Positions 20,477 to 30,173 of a stretch of DNA of 32,000 nucleotides are shown here, piece after piece. A program made the position numbers and the translations under genes. Location: the NCBI RefSeq assembly GCF_013177435.1, contig NZ_CP053627.1, forward strand, positions 2,310,001-2,342,000. The letters run 5' to 3'. Below the pieces are notes generated by a model. That model worked only from the letters and a program-made list of their open reading frames with translations, was not told where the DNA came from and searched no databases. Origin of the DNA: Xylella taiwanensis. GTDB lineage: Bacteria; Pseudomonadota; Gammaproteobacteria; Xanthomonadales; Xanthomonadaceae. Within the stretch, counting starts at the first letter, position 1; each line of letters opens with the position of its first letter.

Positions 20477-20721
20477 ACGACCGTCTCCATCGGTACCACT
20501 CGGATGCGCTGCGCCTCAGCCCGCCGTAAAGCAAAACGGGTGTAACCAACCTGCACCAGGAGCGGCTCACGCCCCAACGGGCCAGTCGCCAGCACCGTGA
20601 TCTCTTCGCCGGCAACGAAACCCAGTTCGCGCAAGCGTCGTGCAATCACATCGTTAGGCTGACGATCCTCCACCGCTTCCACGACCACGGTGCGGTGCAA
20701 CACCATATCCAACAACGTCAC
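20473..20721 (-). CDS. feoA: ferrous iron transport protein FeoA
   Basis: About 80-aa SH3-like FeoA (RRLRELGFVAGEEITV) translationally coupled to feoB. The start is GTG at 20721 or ATG at 20706. Confidence 0.9.
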   Translation of the reverse strand: MTLLDMVLHRTVVVEAVEDRQPNDVIARRLRELGFVAGEEITVLATGPLGREPLLVQVGYTRFALRRAEAQRIRVVPMETVV

Positions 20722-20738
20722 AAAACGCTCTTAATGAC

Positions 20739-20757
20739 AAGAATGGTTCTCAATATT
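20739..20757 (-). promoter_or_regulatory. Fur-box-like operator upstream of feoA
   Basis: The minus-strand sequence AATATTGAGAACCATTCTT matches 13 of 19 positions of GATAATGATAATCATTATC. It lies 18-36 nt upstream of the feoA start. Confidence 0.4.
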
Positions 20758-20760
20758 AAC

Positions 20761-22328
20761 ATCGCCTGTCGAAGTCAGCGCAGTGCATCATCACTGCACA
20801 GCACATCCCAGGGATGGTCGTCTCCCAACACTGTGAATATTGAGGCTGTTACTGGCGTGCCTGACTCCATGACTGTCGATCGTGGATCGCAAACCTCCTT
20901 GTTGCGCCTGTACCAACCAGACACCCTGCACAACACCTGCAACGCCACGCTAAAGTACATGTTGTCACCCTTGTCAGGAGCGATGCTCCGCTGTGACTTC
21001 ACCCCAATGGGTAACAAAATCCAGCCGTTTCAAAGGCAGTGACGAGAACCCGGAGTCTGTTAACACTTATGTCACTGAGGCAATTTCGCTGCGGGACTGA
21101 ACGTATGGAGATCCCAGCTACCCAATTCATGCAAGTTGACCACTGCTTTTTTTAGTCACTCTGCCGAAGCAACGCGGCAACGTCAGTCCGACGAATATGC
21201 AGGTACGCGACACTATCCTGTATCTTTTGAATACCGCTGCCAATGACGTGACCTGCCCAAGCGCTCAGCGACTGGCACACGATCTACACACGCATAAGCC
21301 GGGCATGACAGCGACCCTCGGTCACTTTCATGACAACAGTCCACCGGAGGACATCACCTTTGGAGAGCAGTTCCGGCCTCCTACCTTACAGACGCGAAGG
21401 GAAACCGTGTAAGCATTAGCCCATGAGCAACCCGCATCGGCGAACCATGCCTGAATTTTGGTCATCTGCAGAGAACACTCGACTTACCCTTAGGCCTACC
21501 GACCCAATGGCAGACCACCACAACGGGTTTGCCGAGAATGCCGTCAAGATGGAACTGCCTGTTGGCAATCACCTTGAGTCGTCACTGATTGGCACGTGCC
21601 CACGATCACCGAATCAACCGCCCCTCGGAAACGTCCGACTGTCGTAGCATTGCGATCTACACCTGAGCGCAGCGCATTACCTCCCCCCTTCACACTAGCC
21701 AGTACTGCGCTTGGCCGGATCATGCTTACGGGAAACCATATCGACCAAATCACGACCCACCGCCGGGTCACACCTCCGGGTACCAGTATGGATCACCACC
21801 AAAAGGTGCTTGCAGATATCGGTGAGCTGCTGACTATGACGACACCAGGATTGAAGTCACTGCGGAATGCTTCCCCTGACATCACGTCACCTGCATCACT
21901 TGAACAACTGCAACCGCCAACACGTGCAACCAGTGATGTGCAAAGTACTGACAGCATTGCTTTGCAATCGATATCCAAGAAACCGTGCAAGGTCATCTTC
22001 AATGGATCACCCAACTTACGTTAGGCAATCGGCAACACCTGATCGAGCTACGAAGAATGCAACGCACCGCAACAACAGCACAGGGTTAGGTGAAGACATG
22101 ATCGACTCCTGAAACACAAGGACCACGCCCACTGTTACAGATGCCTGAGTGTTTAGGCACTTCACAGTAACCGCAACAGCCGACCATCGCACTTCGCCTA
22201 CTCCCTTTCGGCTTCCGGCCCCTTGCACCAGCAGGTAATCAGCACTGCTCCCTTTATGACGTCATACGAAGATGCTGGTTTAAACTCCAGAACGACGGTG
22301 GCTTTATTATTTAGGACTGTGTCTCGGC
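20761..22328. other. ORF-poor tract with only short mutually overlapping ORFs (probable decayed DNA)
   Basis: No ORF longer than 142 aa occurs on either strand over 1.6 kb. The listed ORFs overlap in different frames and have low-complexity P/T/S/H or R/G/V composition. Confidence 0.55.
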
Positions 22329-22629
22329 CTATCTAATCAGTAAAAGATCTCCAGACGCCACTCCAGGACCTCCATGGGACTGAAGGCAAATACGATAGCC
22401 ACCATCGTACAGATGCACATTAAACAGCTCGGACCGACGCTGCACACACGCATCGTTCCTTGGGCATACGACCGCAAGAGGTACAAGCGCCGCAATTAAG
22501 ATCGAGTGCCTGTTCCGGAGACTCAAGAGCTATCAACGCATCTGCTCCAGATGCGAGACACTCGCTGCCATGTTTATCACCGTTATCTGATTGGCTCCGA
22601 TTGCGGATGGCTTGCAATCGTGTTAGCAA
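22329..22629 (-). pseudogene. possible relic of a 4Fe-4S ferredoxin-type domain gene
   Basis: Two overlapping minus-strand ORFs in different frames join as ...ALIALESPEQALDLNCGACTSCGRMPK / NDACVQRRSELFNVHLYDGG.... The CxxCxxCxxx-P pattern resembles CxxCxxCxxxCP with the fourth Cys missing. Confidence 0.3.
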
Positions 22630-22881
22630 ATGATGCTTTTTATCTTTAGAAACAGGTCAGATGAAAAGCACCAGCGACAAGAAGAACGCTCCAATAACGA
22701 ATTTAAGGAAAAAACATTCACTGTCGGACTCGTACACATACCAAAGATCACGTCTCAAGCGATGATGACCCCATACATGCCCCGATTCACCTTGCAATCT
22801 GAATATATCTGCACTCTTTTCGTGATTCACACATTCAATACACATCTTAGATTGTTTTAAAGGCGAACCTATCAACCTCGC

Positions 22882-23658
22882 TCAGAAACCATAGCGCATA
22901 AAACCGCCATCCACCGCGATGCATTCGCCGGTCACATAACTCGACGCTGGCAGACAAAGGAATGCCACTGCCGCAGCCACTTCCTCAGGTTCTCCAATGC
23001 GGCGCATCGGCGTACGCTCAATGACCTGCTCGTAATAGTACAGCTCGGAGAGCGGCGCCGACGTGCGACGAGTACGGATATACCAAGGTGCCACTGCATT
23101 GACACGGATGCCATCCTCAGCCCATTCGACAGCCAAATTACGGGTCATCTGGTGCAACGCCGCCTTGCTCATTCCATACGGCACCCCGGTACGCACATGA
23201 GTCAAGCCAGACACACTACCAACATTGACAATCGCTGTACTGGCATGACGCGCCAACAACGGCTGCGTGTAACGACACAACTCAAACGCAGAGAACAAAT
23301 TAATCTCAAAAATTTCACGCCACTCGTCTTCTGTATAGTCAAGCGCTGCACGCATAACATTGCCGCCGGCATTGTTGATCAACACATGCAAGCCATTGCT
23401 GCGGTCTTCGACCCAGTCCAGAATCGCGCGGCGGTCCTCATCGTCGGCAACGTCAGCAGACAACCCATGTAGCTCACGCTCAGGGAACTCGTCTGCCAGT
23501 TCGTCGCGTACTCGCGCCAACAAATCAGCGTCGCGCGCTACCAACAGCACATCGGCACCCAATCCCAACAACTCACGAGCAACCGCCAAACCGATACCCG
23601 TACTCGCACCAGTGATCAAAGCCGTGCGGCCATCCAAACGCCAACGGGATTGGATCAT
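22882..23658 (-). CDS. short-chain dehydrogenase/reductase (tropinone-reductase-like SDR)
   Basis: 258 aa counted from the ATG at 23658, with GGAGA upstream. Contains [12 protein letters not shown] and the catalytic YGMSK. Confidence 0.9.
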   Translation of the reverse strand: MIQSRWRLDGRTALITGASTGIGLAVARELLGLGADVLLVARDADLLARVRDELADEFPERELHGLSADVADDEDRRAILDWVEDRSNGLHVLINNAGGNVMRAALDYTEDEWREIFEINLFSAFELCRYTQPLLARHASTAIVNVGSVSGLTHVRTGVPYGMSKAALHQMTRNLAVEWAEDGIRVNAVAPWYIRTRRTSAPLSELYYYEQVIERTPMRRIGEPEEVAAAVAFLCLPASSYVTGECIAVDGGFMRYGF

Positions 23659-25086
23659 CGTATTCTCCATTCGCTCATGGAAAACATCCACCAGATGGTC
23701 ACGGGTAACGGCATAAAATATCTTCCTCGCACCAACGGATGTCTGCCGTGAAACTGCTCTGCATCCTTACCATCCTACTGCCAACCCTGGCCACTTATTG
23801 TCACCCACCATCGGTACACATCGATGGGCCGCCTACACCATCAACGAGGCCAGTGACGCGCATCAGTACAACAGCCACTGACACGCACTCCGAACAGGCA
23901 TCCATTGCGTGCTGCCCTCTCATAGCAAATCAAGAACACATCACCTCCAGCGGCATACTTGATGCGTATGCGATCATTGCAAAGGCACTCAGATGACTTA
24001 GCAAGCAGAGCCATGTAAAGATCGATCAAGGCTCAAAGCCTCTCATGGGATCTTGAGAAATGCCAGCCCTGACAACCGATGGTCTGCTTGGATTAAACAT
24101 TGGAATTTTTATTCTGATTGCATTTTGAGCGGTTACCAAGCTTAAACACACCCTCACCGCTCATCCAACAAGCGTCATCCTCGCAACGTGCCTTCAGAGT
24201 TATAGCAACAGATGAACTTGCAGATGACTGCATCGCTTAGAGACATCACTGAATAGCAATCGCTCATGCTTTCACCTCGTGGAAACGCTCATGTTGTGCA
24301 GCTTCACTGAAGCTGCGCATTGGGACGACAACACGACATCCCAAGTGCGAACGCTTTAAAGAGCTTAAGCTACACAATACAAGGTGTTAGCGATGTACTC
24401 CAGGCAGACAACCGTTGGTATTCACGGGGACGAGACTTGACCTCAATCACTGCACCTGCGCACAGTCGCATTTGAGCATGCACAACACATCACAGCCTGC
24501 AAATTCAAATCTCCGACCTCTATACATGACATGCTGTGCTTAGCCTTCATGCATTTAAAAATCAACCAGGCCAAACACGCCACCGGACAAACTTTAATAC
24601 CGCCGTACAAGCCCCAACTCATTGGCGGTTAACCCGATGACCAGCTCGATAGAAATGATCAATATTCTTCACATCCATTCTCGTGGATTGCAGAACATGA
24701 CAACCTGGTTAAAACAACTCCCGTGAGCAAGTCAAATTTGCACAGACTCCTAAAATCGATTGAATGCCCGCACCGAACGCATTAAGCAAATCGGCCGCAA
24801 TGTCCTACCAGGTGGTCAGCGATGGCGATGGCTGAATCAACGTACCCATAGAACTATTCTGCGTGCCTTACGACAAGCTCGGCTTGGAACGCCACTTTTG
24901 CTTGGATATACAAGACGACAACAACGACCAACCCAACAGCAGGCTAATACTCCACAGATAAACCTCTTCACCTTCCAATGTCCCACAATCAACTTGGTAA
25001 TACTGACCTAAAGCACCTACAAATGGCATGCATCAGCCATAGATATCCAGCCGTCCCCAGGATGAAGCAACAGACCCCACCAGTGA
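23659..25086. other. 1.4-kb tract without credible ORFs
   Basis: Only three short ORFs of 62-85 aa are listed. Stops occur in all six frames at intervals under 60 codons elsewhere in the tract. Confidence 0.55.
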
Positions 25087-25521
25087 CTACTTGACTACAC
25101 GCAAGTGCGATCGCTTCCCTGAAACAGATGGGGGATCTTTCCCGCCATTAGGCGTGGTAGGCGGGGGCACGTCGTCTGGTGGCTCACCCGAGATGATATC
25201 CTCCGGCAATGCCATACCCTGCCCCGTTTCACGCGCGTACACCGCTAATACCGCTGGCATTGGCACCTGCACCGGATAGCTGACTCCAGCGAAACGCGCA
25301 TTAAAGCTGACACTCTCATCGCCGATATGCAAATGCATCACTGCACGTCCAGCAATGTTCAAGACCACCCGACCATCCTTGACGGCACTTGCCGGCACTT
25401 GCACCCCCTGGACGCAAGCATCGACCAGGATATGTGGCGTCATCCCATTGTCGTTGATCCATTCCACCAACGCTCGCAATAGATAGGGCCGATGACTGGT
25501 CATTCGTGGAAATTCACTCAT
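25087..25521 (-). CDS. sspB: ClpXP adaptor / stringent starvation protein B
   Basis: 144 aa with an SspB fold N-terminus (RPYLLRALVEWINDNGMTPHI), a flexible P-rich linker and the C-terminal ClpX-binding tail LRVVK. Confidence 0.9.
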   Translation of the reverse strand: MSEFPRMTSHRPYLLRALVEWINDNGMTPHILVDACVQGVQVPASAVKDGRVVLNIAGRAVMHLHIGDESVSFNARFAGVSYPVQVPMPAVLAVYARETGQGMALPEDIISGEPPDDVPPPTTPNGGKDPPSVSGKRSHLRVVK

Positions 25522-25557
25522 AAATAACAGTGTATGCCCGAACGCAATGCAAGGCTA

Positions 25558-26193
25558 TCAAACAGCCAAGTCACGTAATTTCTTTTCCTGCTCGGTGAGA
25601 CTGCGGAGGAACCCTGGATTGCGGAAAATACGGTTACCGTAATCCTCGATCACCTTACCATCCTTTGGCAACGGCACGTCCAGCGCCTGTAAGCGCCAAA
25701 TAATCGGTGCCATCGCGCAATCGGCCAAGCTCATCTCCCCATTTAGAAAGAACTTGCTAGCCTTGAATAACGGTACCGAGGCAGTCAGCAATTCCTTGAG
25801 CCGCTTACGCCCAGCCTCGGCTTGAATCTTGTTGCCAAGTTGGATGGCCTGTACCTGAGGAACCCAATCATGTTCGATACGCAACATAGCCAGACGGAGC
25901 CGCGCACGCGACAGCGGATCCATCGGCATGAGCGGCGGATGGGGGTAACGCTCATCGACGTATTCGCTCACCACGGAAGCAGCGTACAGCACCAACTCAC
26001 GCTCAACCAGTGTCGGTACAGAATGATAGGGATTAAGGTCAATCAGATCCTCGGGAGGATTCTGCGGATCTACAGATACCATGTCATAAGTCACTCCCTT
26101 GGCCGCAAGAACCAAGCGCACTCGATGACACAACACATCATTGGTCGCGGAAAACAGGGTTAAGGTATTTCGCATACGCACACTCATCGCCAT
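25558..26193 (-). CDS. sspA: stringent starvation protein A (GST-like)
   Basis: 211 aa resembling E. coli SspA (MTLFS...VRLVLAAKGV...NPYHSVPTLV). Lies immediately upstream of sspB. Confidence 0.9.
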   Translation of the reverse strand: MAMSVRMRNTLTLFSATNDVLCHRVRLVLAAKGVTYDMVSVDPQNPPEDLIDLNPYHSVPTLVERELVLYAASVVSEYVDERYPHPPLMPMDPLSRARLRLAMLRIEHDWVPQVQAIQLGNKIQAEAGRKRLKELLTASVPLFKASKFFLNGEMSLADCAMAPIIWRLQALDVPLPKDGKVIEDYGNRIFRNPGFLRSLTEQEKKLRDLAV

Positions 26194-26290
26194 TCAAGGC
26201 TCTCCAACGACCGGAATCCGCCGGCCGCATCAACAACCACCGGCCCAATGCCGAAGGTCTCCACAATATCAGCGAGTTTGCAATCAGCCA

Positions 26291-27065
26291 TCATAAAAGC
26301 CAATAGCAGATACAGGCCACTGATATCACGTCCCTCAACGCACGTCCTCTCAATAGGCCTTCTTGAGTAGACAGGCCAAGAAAGTCAACAAGGCCAGAAA
26401 AAACATTACACACACTCTCAAAGAGTGCCGTTGTAACACCGCAGGCTCGGCGGCATATTTTGCAGGAAATTGACAATATCACGCACAGTCTGGTCGAACT
26501 CTGTAGCATTCTAATGACCGGGCTGACCGATCAGCATTAGCCTGCGATGCCCCTACATATTCTGCCCGTTGCACGCCCTGCAGCTGCCACAATGGATTGG
26601 GCACAGAAACGTCGACAAACAACCGATTGTTCCAACCCAGCGAGCAAGTCGAGTCTACGTAGAAAAACCTCAGAATAAGCGTAGATCCAATCACTTCCAC
26701 GTACACGGGCCGTCAAACCCAGATCCGGCGGCATCTTACCAAACCACTGCGCGGCAGCGTCAACCCGCATCGCTGTCATGATCGTATCGCTGATCTTGGC
26801 AAGGTTGAAGTTGAGATGACGCATCACTTGCACTTCACTCCGAACCACATCGGCAGCGATACGTGAATAACGCAGATACTGCAACGAATGGCAGTCCACG
26901 CCGTAATTCATGTCCAACTACGCGCTGCGCTGTCACGAAATACGGTGGCTAACGTCAGTACCGGCACTCCAACGGGACACCACCAGCCACTTGCGTAGCC
27001 GGCATCACTACAAACGGCAACAGCAAACACAGCATCCAACACGACCAGCACCGTAACGTCCTCAT
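26291..27065 (-). pseudogene. petC: cytochrome c1 (bc1 complex) pseudogene
   Basis: The signal-peptide ORF from the ATG at 27065 stops after about 36 codons. Homologous pieces then continue in other frames: MNYGVDCHSLQYLRYSR...WFGKMPPDLGLTARVRGSDWIYAY, then FYVDSTCSLGWNNRLF..VPNPLWQLQG, then DIVNFLQ. The heme attachment motif CxxCH reads GVDCH. Confidence 0.8.
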
Positions 27066-27066
27066 A

Positions 27067-28325
27067 TCAGCCATAGAAAGTCAATCGTTCCGGCACCGGC
27101 TTCTTAGCATCCAATACCGTCCACAATGGCATAGTGATGAAGAAGGTGAAATACAAAAAAATCAGCACACACCTTACATAAGATTTCCAAAACAACCGTA
27201 CCTGGCCGCCCCAATCACCGCCAGCCACACAAAACACACCACAAGCACGCCGCATCCCATCCGTGCCATCCAGCCATGATCACCAATCGAGCACACCCTG
27301 GCGCGGTCCAACCAGGGCACCAGAAACAAAAGCGATCGCAAAAAACATCACTAACACGCCCACGGATATTTACTGCGTACCAAACGCAACATCGCGTAGT
27401 ACACGGCGTAGTACCAGACCAGCTTGATGTCCTCAGGAGTGACCAAGCGATTAGCTTCAACAAAGTTGCCGTACTCCAGGAACAAACCGCCACACTCCGA
27501 AGCAAAGAAAATCACGAAAGCTGCCAACAACAAGATGCAAACACCAACCAGGTCCTTCACCATGTCATACGGATGGAACGGGATACTGTCAGCTGGCTTA
27601 AGAGTGGTCCAACAATTGCCATTAGCAGCCGGTTCGATGTCGATACCATCCGGATGGTTGCCACCAACCTCGCGCAACGCACCGAGATGCAGCACCACCA
27701 ACAGCAGCAGCAGTACCTCAATCACGTGCAATGCTAAAGACGAAGGGTTGAACGTAACATCTGACCGCAAATCATCGCCCATGATCCACTCGGCCAAACC
27801 ACGACCGATCGCCGAGATCACACCGAACAGCGACATGATCGCCTGCGCGCCCCACAAAACGACACCTGCCCCACGGCAACACGCACCCCATGAATGCCTC
27901 GACCATCAGTACCAGGTCAATCAACATACCCAGGACCCAGCCTCAGTCAGGGGGCTTCTTGCCACTGCCGTATATCAGTCCACGGAACATATGCAGGTAT
28001 GCCACGATGAAAAACAACGAAGCCCCCATACGGGGCATATCACAGATCAACCAGCCCCCATTCGATGTCCCACATGATCCTCATTTCGATCGACTGGAAC
28101 ACCTCAGCAGCACTGGGTTTGTCATGCATCACCCAAAAGATGCCAGCGACGATCTGATTCACCAGGACCACCAGTAACAGCGATCCGCAGCAATACCAAA
28201 TGTTGAAATTTTTAGGTAAGTAGTACTTCGGTGACGTGTTTACGATAAAACAACAATGATCCCGGAGCACGCATCTCGATCCAGTCCAACAGCCCCCGAG
28301 CACCACAAGCAATGATGCTGTGCAT
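27067..28325 (-). pseudogene. petB: cytochrome b (bc1 complex) pseudogene
   Basis: Cytochrome b homology is spread over at least 5 frame segments. They run MHSIIACGARGLLDWIEMR..HVTE / YYLPKNFNIWY...HDKPSAAEVF..EWG / [57 protein letters not shown] / WGAQAIMSLFG...FHPYDMVKD..VWYY / a C-terminal fragment. An in-frame TGA lies at 27943-27945. Confidence 0.85.
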
Positions 28326-28916
28326 GGCTCCAGCACCCCGTGTTCCGTTCACGTTTTCTGGATCTAGACCGATCACGAACGTGCACTCATCGCGATAACG
28401 ATGCAGCGGCACCAGCAAAGTCTTCTGAGCTGGCATGCCACTAAAAACACATCCAGACATATCAAAACGCGACTTGTGGCAAGGACAGAAATAGCCCCCC
28501 CCCTTCCATTGTGGATCGAACGGCTGCGGGCAAATCTCAGCCACCATCTCTGGGAAACACCCTACGTGCGTACAGACACCCACCAAAACCGAAATCTCGG
28601 GCCTGATCGAACGCACATCAGGAGTGCGAAGCACATCACCAGGCTACTGACTCTTTACCTCAGACGTAGGATCCTTCAACCGCCCCCTCAAGCCGGACAA
28701 AGCATCGAGCATTGCCTTGGGACGCCTGACCACCCAGACCGGCTGACCACGCCACTCCAAAATCAAGCGCTGGCCTTCTGGCAACCCACTGATATCAACA
28801 ACCACTGGCACACCCGCCAATTTGGTCTTAGCACTGGAATTCAAAGACTTGAAAAAATGAACCGAGAGAAACCCTGCACCGATCAACGTCGTCGTCAGAA
28901 AACGTCGCCGCTTCAC
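28326..28916 (-). pseudogene. petA: Rieske iron-sulfur subunit (bc1 complex) pseudogene
   Basis: A Tat-type signal (MKRRRFLTT) and anchor are followed by an in-frame TAG at 28644-28646. Downstream in the same frame is the cluster-binding half (CTHVGC ... CPCHKS, versus canonical CPCHGS). The frame runs without a stop into the petB ATG. Confidence 0.8.
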
Positions 28917-29096
28917 GTTGCTAGACGCATGGCCCTCATCACTTCACCATGTCGCACTCCCCGAATCGTCCCCAAATATCTTAGACCTACGCATGCACCA
29001 CTGGAGATACAACCCACGAAGATCACTGAGGCATACCAAAAAGCACTGGAGTGATGAACAACACGCGTACGCACCGCAACGCGAAACCACATACCT

Positions 29097-30005
29097 TCAT
29101 TGAGTACTCCGCAACGCCACGCGATAGCGTCCAAGAAGCACATTGACGCGTTCAACGTAACGCTGCGTCTCACTGTACGGCGGCACACCGCCATAACGGT
29201 CAACCGCACCCTCCCCGGCATTATAGCCAGCCGCCGCCAGTGTCAGATTGCCGTTAAAGCGCTTCAGCAACCAAGCCAAGTACTGCACACCACCACGGAT
29301 GTTTTGTATCGGATCATAAGCATCGGTCACCCCGAAACGCTGCGCCGTGGCTGGCATCAGTTGCATCAGCCCCTGTGCACCAGCACTACTCAGCGAAAGG
29401 GGGTTATACGAGGATTCAGCATGAATGATCGCACGCACCAACGCTTCTTCGACCCCAAATTGGCGTGCAGCGGAAGCGATTTCACCCTGGTAAGACGAAG
29501 TATTGAGACGCACCGATCCGAAATTGACCCCAGGATTAGCCGCACACGCATAGCAAGTTTCGATGAAGCTATAAGAAATCGTGCGCAATCCATACACATT
29601 GGCCACTTGCGTCGGAGGTTTACTGGTGTAATGACGCACACCATCCTCGATGTAGGAGTAAACCTGACCGCTGACCAAACGCTTCGCCCCCCCCACCGCC
29701 ACGGTGGAACGCGCCAACGCCGGCGTGGCTGAAGCACCAGCCACCGGAGGCGATGACACTGCAGCGTCTTGGGCAGACTCGGACATCGGCACCACGAGAG
29801 GCACAACCGCAGGGCGCGCGGGCAGAACCACAGATGGAGCACGACGCACGTTGCTGACCACGACAGTGCACTTAGCACCAGGAACGCGCTTGCTGACATA
29901 ACTAGGGATACCGTCAACGTTGAAACACTTGTAGAGTGCCGCCCCCCAAGCAGGCACCGCTATCATGGCCAGCAACAACCCGACAATGCGGAAGACCCTC
30001 TTCAT
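29097..30005 (-). CDS. lytic transglycosylase (SLT domain) with DUF4124-like N-terminus
   Basis: Signal peptide, YKCFNVDGIPSYVSK (DUF4124-like), an Ala/Pro/Val-rich linker, and the SLT catalytic motifs AIIHAESSYNP and GLMQLMPATA. Confidence 0.85.
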   Translation of the reverse strand: MKRVFRIVGLLLAMIAVPAWGAALYKCFNVDGIPSYVSKRVPGAKCTVVVSNVRRAPSVVLPARPAVVPLVVPMSESAQDAAVSSPPVAGASATPALARSTVAVGGAKRLVSGQVYSYIEDGVRHYTSKPPTQVANVYGLRTISYSFIETCYACAANPGVNFGSVRLNTSSYQGEIASAARQFGVEEALVRAIIHAESSYNPLSLSSAGAQGLMQLMPATAQRFGVTDAYDPIQNIRGGVQYLAWLLKRFNGNLTLAAAGYNAGEGAVDRYGGVPPYSETQRYVERVNVLLGRYRVALRSTQ

Positions 30006-30173
30006 AGCATCCAGTCTCCCAAACTTTATCCATCATTGCCAAGCATGACCGATGACAACCGCACAGCCAGCGATCCCACATCACCCCCCTCCCGTATCCT
30101 TCGCCCCTGAAGCACCTGCAACAACCCGCTAAACTATCCAACCTTACCCACACACCCGACTGGATTAAGCACC

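Noticed and set aside
22537-22555. Perfect 8-bp stem with a 3-nt loop (CGCATCTG-ctc-CAGATGCG)
   Set aside because: A few such stems are expected by chance in 32 kb. There is no U tract, the loop is very tight, and it lies inside the ferredoxin-like relic.
23739-23996. 85-aa plus-strand ORF with a signal-peptide/lipobox-like start ([21 protein letters not shown])
   Set aside because: The rest of the ORF is P/T/S/H-rich, which is typical of spurious frames on this C-rich strand. It has no SD sequence and overlaps a minus-strand ORF. It would be worth a blastp only if relatives conserve it.
24490-24520. tRNA T-loop-like string (AAATTCAAATCTCC)
   Set aside because: It lacks the flanking GG/CC T-stem, an acceptor stem and an anticodon arm, so no cloverleaf can be drawn. 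I found no tRNA-like structure elsewhere in the window either.
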